Part shown: positions 59,553 through 64,000 of the stretch, one piece after another | Numbering within the stretch: the stretch's first letter is position 1 | Layout: every line of letters begins with the position of its first letter | Assembly (NCBI GenBank): GCA_002162925.1 | Contig: MABC01000070.1 | Location: 15,689-79,688, forward strand | DNA: 64,000 nt | Direction: 5' to 3' | From: Thalassotalea sp. 42_200_T64 | GTDB lineage: Bacteria; Pseudomonadota; Gammaproteobacteria; Enterobacterales; Alteromonadaceae | Made by a program: the position numbers and the translations under genes | Notes under the pieces: generated by a model | The model's database searches: none | What the model was told of the DNA's origin: nothing | The model's input: only the letters and a program-made list of their open reading frames with translations

Positions 59553-60884
59553 TTATGTTCGCTCGGCAAGTAGAGTTTGATATGCCTTGCCGCTTGCTTT
59601 TATGGTGCGCTGTTGGGTTTCATAATCTACATAGGTTATACCAAAGCGCTTGCTATAACCTAGTGCCCATTCAAAATTATCCATCAAACTCCAGGCAAAA
59701 TACCCTTTTACGTTAACGCCTTGTTCTATGGCATCATTTAATGCATTTAAATGTTGCTGGTAATAAGCAATTCGGTTTTGATCATCGACACTGTTATTTT
59801 CAATCTTGTCCGGCATCGCACAACCATTTTCAGTGATATATACCGGCGGTAAATCGTATGAGTCGTTTAATGTCGTTAATAATGAGGTAAATGCTTGCGG
59901 GTATATTTCCCAGCCCATATCGGTCACTGGCGCATTGTTAGGGGGCACTACTTGAAACGGCTCAACATCATCGGCTTTAATCACTTCTCGGGTATAAAAA
60001 TTGATCCCTAAAAAATCCATTTTTTTACAGATGATCTCCATGTCACCATCAACAACATCCGGTTTATCGGCATCCTCTAATAAATGGATAGTGTCTGGAT
60101 AGCAACCATCAAATAACGGTTTGATATACCATTGATTATGGTAATCATCAGCAAATTTAGTCGCGGCTAAATCTTCTCTCGAATTTGTTGCCGGGTATGC
60201 CGGGGTAAAGTTTAAAACAATACCATTCATACTGTCAGGGCTATATTTATTGAGTACATCCATGGCTAAACCATGAGCCAGTAAGATATGGTGAGCGGCT
60301 TTTCGACCGTTTGCTTTACCCACTAAACCTGGGGCATGAATACCCGCTTCGTAACCTAGATAAGCACTACAAAATGGTTCGTTGAAGGTGGCATATGAGT
60401 GTACTCTGCTACCCAACGCTTTGGTCACCAACATCGCGTATTCAGCGAATTTATAGGCAGTATCTCGATTTAGCCAACCACCATTATCTTCTAAATGTTG
60501 GGGTAAGTCCCAATGGTACAAAGTGACAAAGGTTTTAATGCCTTTGGCATTAAGGCCATCTAATAAATTAATATAAAAATCTAAACCCACCTGATTGGCA
60601 CTACCATCTTGGTTCATCACTCGTGGCCAGGAAATCGATAATCGGTAGGCATCCACCCCCAGGCTGTGAATGAGTTCAATATCCTGTTGCCATAAGTTGT
60701 AATGATCACAGGCAAAGCTACCGTCACTTTTATCTGATATTGTCCCTTCTTTGGCACAAAAGGTATCCCAAATGCAGGGTAATCGAGAGTTAATTCCGCC
60801 TTCTATCTGAAAAGAGGCGGTAGCAACGCCATAGAGGAAATTTTTGCGTAGCATTTTAGAGTTACTGGGTAATGAGATTTTCAT
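59553..60884 (-). CDS. GH1 beta-glucosidase
   Basis: GVATASFQIEG, TFNEP (acid/base), YITENG (nucleophile), WSLMDNFEW. Confidence 0.95.
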   Translation of the reverse strand: MKISLPSNSKMLRKNFLYGVATASFQIEGGINSRLPCIWDTFCAKEGTISDKSDGSFACDHYNLWQQDIELIHSLGVDAYRLSISWPRVMNQDGSANQVGLDFYINLLDGLNAKGIKTFVTLYHWDLPQHLEDNGGWLNRDTAYKFAEYAMLVTKALGSRVHSYATFNEPFCSAYLGYEAGIHAPGLVGKANGRKAAHHILLAHGLAMDVLNKYSPDSMNGIVLNFTPAYPATNSREDLAATKFADDYHNQWYIKPLFDGCYPDTIHLLEDADKPDVVDGDMEIICKKMDFLGINFYTREVIKADDVEPFQVVPPNNAPVTDMGWEIYPQAFTSLLTTLNDSYDLPPVYITENGCAMPDKIENNSVDDQNRIAYYQQHLNALNDAIEQGVNVKGYFAWSLMDNFEWALGYSKRFGITYVDYETQQRTIKASGKAYQTLLAERT

Positions 60885-60933
60885 AGCAGACTTATCGCCC
60901 TGTGTTATTTATGTGATCTTTATGGTTTCGTAA

Positions 60934-61007
60934 TGAAAGCGCTTACATTTAATGGTTAAAAAAAATTGCTTTTGAGCAATTGTGTGGTATAAATGAAAGC
61001 GCTTACA
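60934..61007. promoter_or_regulatory. Pair of LacI operators 60 bp apart in the GH1/gluP divergent promoter
   Basis: TGAAAGCGCTTACA at 60934 and 60994. Confidence 0.85.
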
Positions 61008-61147
61008 TGACTGAGGTTATCGTTAAATTAACAAAAGGTCAACATTTAAGCGCGAACAAATGATAAAAATAATAAATACCATTTCATTTGATAGTTTAAA
61101 AATTCAGCAAGGTTTCTGCAAAATGCAGAAATGAAAGAGGAACCCAT

Positions 61148-62416
61148 ATGGCTGGTATCAATATAGCTTCAACCGACGGCAATGTTATTTCAAATTCAAC
61201 GGGCAATTACAATTTTGCTTTAGTATCTCTCACCTCCTTATTTTTTATGTGGGGCTTTATCACCTGTTTAAACGATATTTTGATCCCGCACTTAAAGGGC
61301 ATTTTTGATTTATCCTATGCCCAGGCAATGCTAGTGCAGTTTTGCTTTTTCGGGGCTTACTTCATTGTCTCATTGCCCGCTGGTGCTTTGGTGAAAAAAC
61401 GGGGCTATCAAAAGGGAATTGTTATAGGTTTGCTTATTGCAGCCGTTGGTTGTTTATGCTTTTACCCTGCGGCAGCATTACACAGTTATCCAGTATTTTT
61501 GTTTGCCTTATTTATCTTGGCTTCTGGTATTACCTTGTTACAAGTGTCTGCCAATCCTTACGTAAGTAGCCTGGGAGCCGCAAAGACGGCTTCTTCACGT
61601 CTTACCTTAACCCAGGCGTTTAACTCATTGGGTACTACGGTAGCACCCTATTTTGGCGCCGTGCTTATCTTAAATCATGCCGCAGGCGCAATGGCGACAG
61701 CTCAGCAGCAAGCCGCTTCAGTACAAATGCCTTATGTGATGCTTGCCGTGGCGTTACTGACATTAGCGGCGATATTTGCCTGGTTAAAGTTGCCAGATTT
61801 AAGCACAAAACAAGAAAGTGAAACGGACGCTGAACATGCGATATCCGGTAGTGCCTGGCAATATTCGCACTTAGTACTCGGTGCCATTGGTATTTTTGTG
61901 TATGTGGGTGCCGAAGTTTCCATTGGTAGTTTTTTGGTCAGCTTTTTTAACGATCCAAACATTGCAGGGCTTGAAGAGGCTGAGGCGGCAAAATATATTG
62001 CCTATTATTGGGGCGGCGCTATGGTTGGTCGTTTTATTGGTGCGGCAGTGATGCAAAAACTTGCGGCCGGTAAAGTGCTGGCATTTAATGCTGGCGTTGC
62101 CGTCGTGTTGATCTTGGTTGCTATGTTTGCTTCAGGCACGCTCGCCATGTTGGCAATATTGCTGGTTGGTTTATCCAATTCCATTATGTTTCCAACGATT
62201 TTCTCATTAGCAATTAACGGCCTGGGTAAACATACCTCACAAGCCTCTGGAATTTTGTGTTTGGCCATTGTTGGTGGTGCAATTTTGCCGGTTATTCAAG
62301 GCGTTTTAGCCGATGCCATAGGCATACAAATGTCATTTTTTATGCCTATAATTTGTTACGTCTTTATTGCTTATTATGGTCTAAAAGGCTCAAAGCCAGC
62401 CACAGTGTCGGTCTAA
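61148..62416 (+). CDS. gluP: Glucose/galactose MFS transporter (FucP/GluP family)
   Basis: [47 protein letters not shown]. Confidence 0.88.
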   Translation: MAGINIASTDGNVISNSTGNYNFALVSLTSLFFMWGFITCLNDILIPHLKGIFDLSYAQAMLVQFCFFGAYFIVSLPAGALVKKRGYQKGIVIGLLIAAVGCLCFYPAAALHSYPVFLFALFILASGITLLQVSANPYVSSLGAAKTASSRLTLTQAFNSLGTTVAPYFGAVLILNHAAGAMATAQQQAASVQMPYVMLAVALLTLAAIFAWLKLPDLSTKQESETDAEHAISGSAWQYSHLVLGAIGIFVYVGAEVSIGSFLVSFFNDPNIAGLEEAEAAKYIAYYWGGAMVGRFIGAAVMQKLAAGKVLAFNAGVAVVLILVAMFASGTLAMLAILLVGLSNSIMFPTIFSLAINGLGKHTSQASGILCLAIVGGAILPVIQGVLADAIGIQMSFFMPIICYVFIAYYGLKGSKPATVSV

Positions 62417-62430
62417 CGTTGGAATTATTT

Positions 62431-64000
62431 ATGAAATATTTGAAAACCTGCAATGCGCTAAACTATACGGTAAAGCATGCGGTAGATCATGCGGCGAAAC
62501 TTTTGCTTATCTCAACGGCAGCATTAGCGCTATCAGCCTGTGCTGACAGCCGTAAGCCGTCGGCGGAGCAAACTAAAAGCACTGCTGCCAGTAAAGCAAA
62601 CAGTGCCAATGCGTTAAAGCATGATATTGAGATATGGCCAACGCTTGCTTTGCCGGTAAAAAAAGATCCTGTGCTTGAGCAAAAAATTACCAATATTCTC
62701 GCTGCAATGACCTTAGAGCAAAAAGTTGCGCAAATGATCCAACCGGAAATTCGCGATATTAGCGTTGCGGATATGCGTAAATATGGCTTTGGTTCTTACT
62801 TAAATGGCGGTGGTGCATTCCCAAATAACAACAAACATGCCACCCCTGATGATTGGATACAGCTTGCTGAAGACATGTATCAAGCATCCATTGATGACTC
62901 TGTTGATGGCTCAACTATCCCGACCATTTGGGGAACCGATGCGGTACATGGCCATAATAACGTGATCGGCGCTACCTTGTTCCCACACAATATCGGTTTA
63001 GGCGCGGCCAATAACCCTGATTTAATCGAACAAATAGCCGCCGTTACGGCAACTGAGGTGATGGTGACGGGTATTGATTGGGTATTTTCTCCTACGGTTG
63101 CTGTGGTTCGTGATGATCGCTGGGGACGCACCTATGAAGGCTATTCTGAAGATCCTGAAATCGTTGGTGAGTATTCAGCATCGATAGTAAAAGGCTTACA
63201 GGGCCATGCCGATAAAGACTTTTTAGGTGATAGTCGGGTAATTTCAACGATTAAGCATTTCTTAGGTGATGGTGGCACTGAAGGAGGAGATGACCAGGGC
63301 AATAATCTCGCTACAGAGCAAGAGTTATTTGAAATTCATGGTCAAGGCTATGTTGGTGGCTTAACCGCTGGCGCACAGTCTGTTATGGCGTCTTTTAATA
63401 GTTGGCATGGTGAAAAGAACCACGGTAATAAATATCTGTTAACAACAGTGTTAAAAGAGAAAATGGGCTTTGATGGTTTTGTTGTTGGTGACTGGAATGG
63501 CCATGGACAAATTCCCGGTTGTACGAATGAAAACTGCAGTCAAACGGTGAATGCCGGTTTAGATATTTTTATGGTACCAACCGAGGCATGGAAACCCTTA
63601 TATGAAAACACCATAGCGCAAGTGAGATCGGGCGAGATCCCACAAGCTCGTATTGATGATGCCGTTAGTCGCATCTTAAGAGTAAAACTGCGTGCCGGCA
63701 TATTCGATAAACCCAGTCCTGCCAATCGTGCAGTATCTGGTAAGGTCGAATTAATTGGCGCAAAAGCGCATCGTGACGTTGCCCGCCAAGCGGTTCGTGA
63801 ATCTTTGGTATTGCTAAAAAACAATAACAATATATTGCCGTTAAATCCGAGCCAACATTTTTTGGTGGCTGGCAATGGCGCGGATAATATTGGTAAGCAA
63901 TCAGGTGGTTGGTCGGTAACCTGGCAAGGGACAGGTAACAGCAATGACGACTTTCCAGGAGGAACTTCGATCTATGCAGGCTTTGAGCAAGTGGTTAACG
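62431..64000 (+). CDS. GH3 exo-beta-glucan glucohydrolase lipoprotein (runs off the window)
   Basis: Manual translation: lipobox LSAC, MTLEQKVAQM, WGTDAVHGH, DDRWGRTYEGYSED, IKHFLGDG, VVGDWNG, SLVLLKN. Confidence 0.92.
   Translation, partial: MKYLKTCNALNYTVKHAVDHAAKLLLISTAALALSACADSRKPSAEQTKSTAASKANSANALKHDIEIWPTLALPVKKDPVLEQKITNILAAMTLEQKVAQMIQPEIRDISVADMRKYGFGSYLNGGGAFPNNNKHATPDDWIQLAEDMYQASIDDSVDGSTIPTIWGTDAVHGHNNVIGATLFPHNIGLGAANNPDLIEQIAAVTATEVMVTGIDWVFSPTVAVVRDDRWGRTYEGYSEDPEIVGEYSASIVKGLQGHADKDFLGDSRVISTIKHFLGDGGTEGGDDQGNNLATEQELFEIHGQGYVGGLTAGAQSVMASFNSWHGEKNHGNKYLLTTVLKEKMGFDGFVVGDWNGHGQIPGCTNENCSQTVNAGLDIFMVPTEAWKPLYENTIAQVRSGEIPQARIDDAVSRILRVKLRAGIFDKPSPANRAVSGKVELIGAKAHRDVARQAVRESLVLLKNNNNILPLNPSQHFLVAGNGADNIGKQSGGWSVTWQGTGNSNDDFPGGTSIYAGFEQVVN

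Noticed and set aside
1-64000. CRISPR array, rRNA/tRNA, prophage, retron/DGR, integron integrase
   Set aside because: No regularly spaced repeats, cloverleaf or rRNA signatures, phage genes, reverse transcriptase or tyrosine recombinase ORFs were seen.

Overview
64-kb chromosomal segment of an AT-rich marine gammaproteobacterium. Gene order and repeat families resemble Colwelliaceae/Alteromonadales (inference). Intact core blocks: surA-lptD, amgK-murU-djlA, rapA-rluA, PIN-PhoH, an acyl-CoA dehydrogenase, divergent ccmABCDE/ccmFGHI-gpx-hemH, sulP, folX-folM-folE and ubiUV/ubiT. It also holds a proteobacterial dedicated sortase locus (pdsRS, pdsO, VIT-vWA target, class GN sortase) and a LacI-controlled beta-glucoside locus (GPH, GH1, GluP, GH3). 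Accessory genes are heavily decayed, with about 10 pseudogenes caused by nonsense changes, frameshifts, deletions, an IS1182 element and a TA-targeting MITE. Most notable: (1) a fossil cellobionic-acid-phosphorylase/gluconokinase fusion operon; (2) a conserved ~56-bp candidate PdsR operator upstream of both pdsO and the sortase target, whose sorting motif is non-canonical; (3) a divergent GAF/fRMsr-like gene behind a perfect triple Met box; (4) a yefM-yoeB module with integron-cassette ends but no intact attC; (5) small 7-10-7 hairpin sites that bracket an accessory ORF and serve as the IS target. No rRNA, tRNA or CRISPR array was seen. All calls come from reading the sequence; no searches were run.
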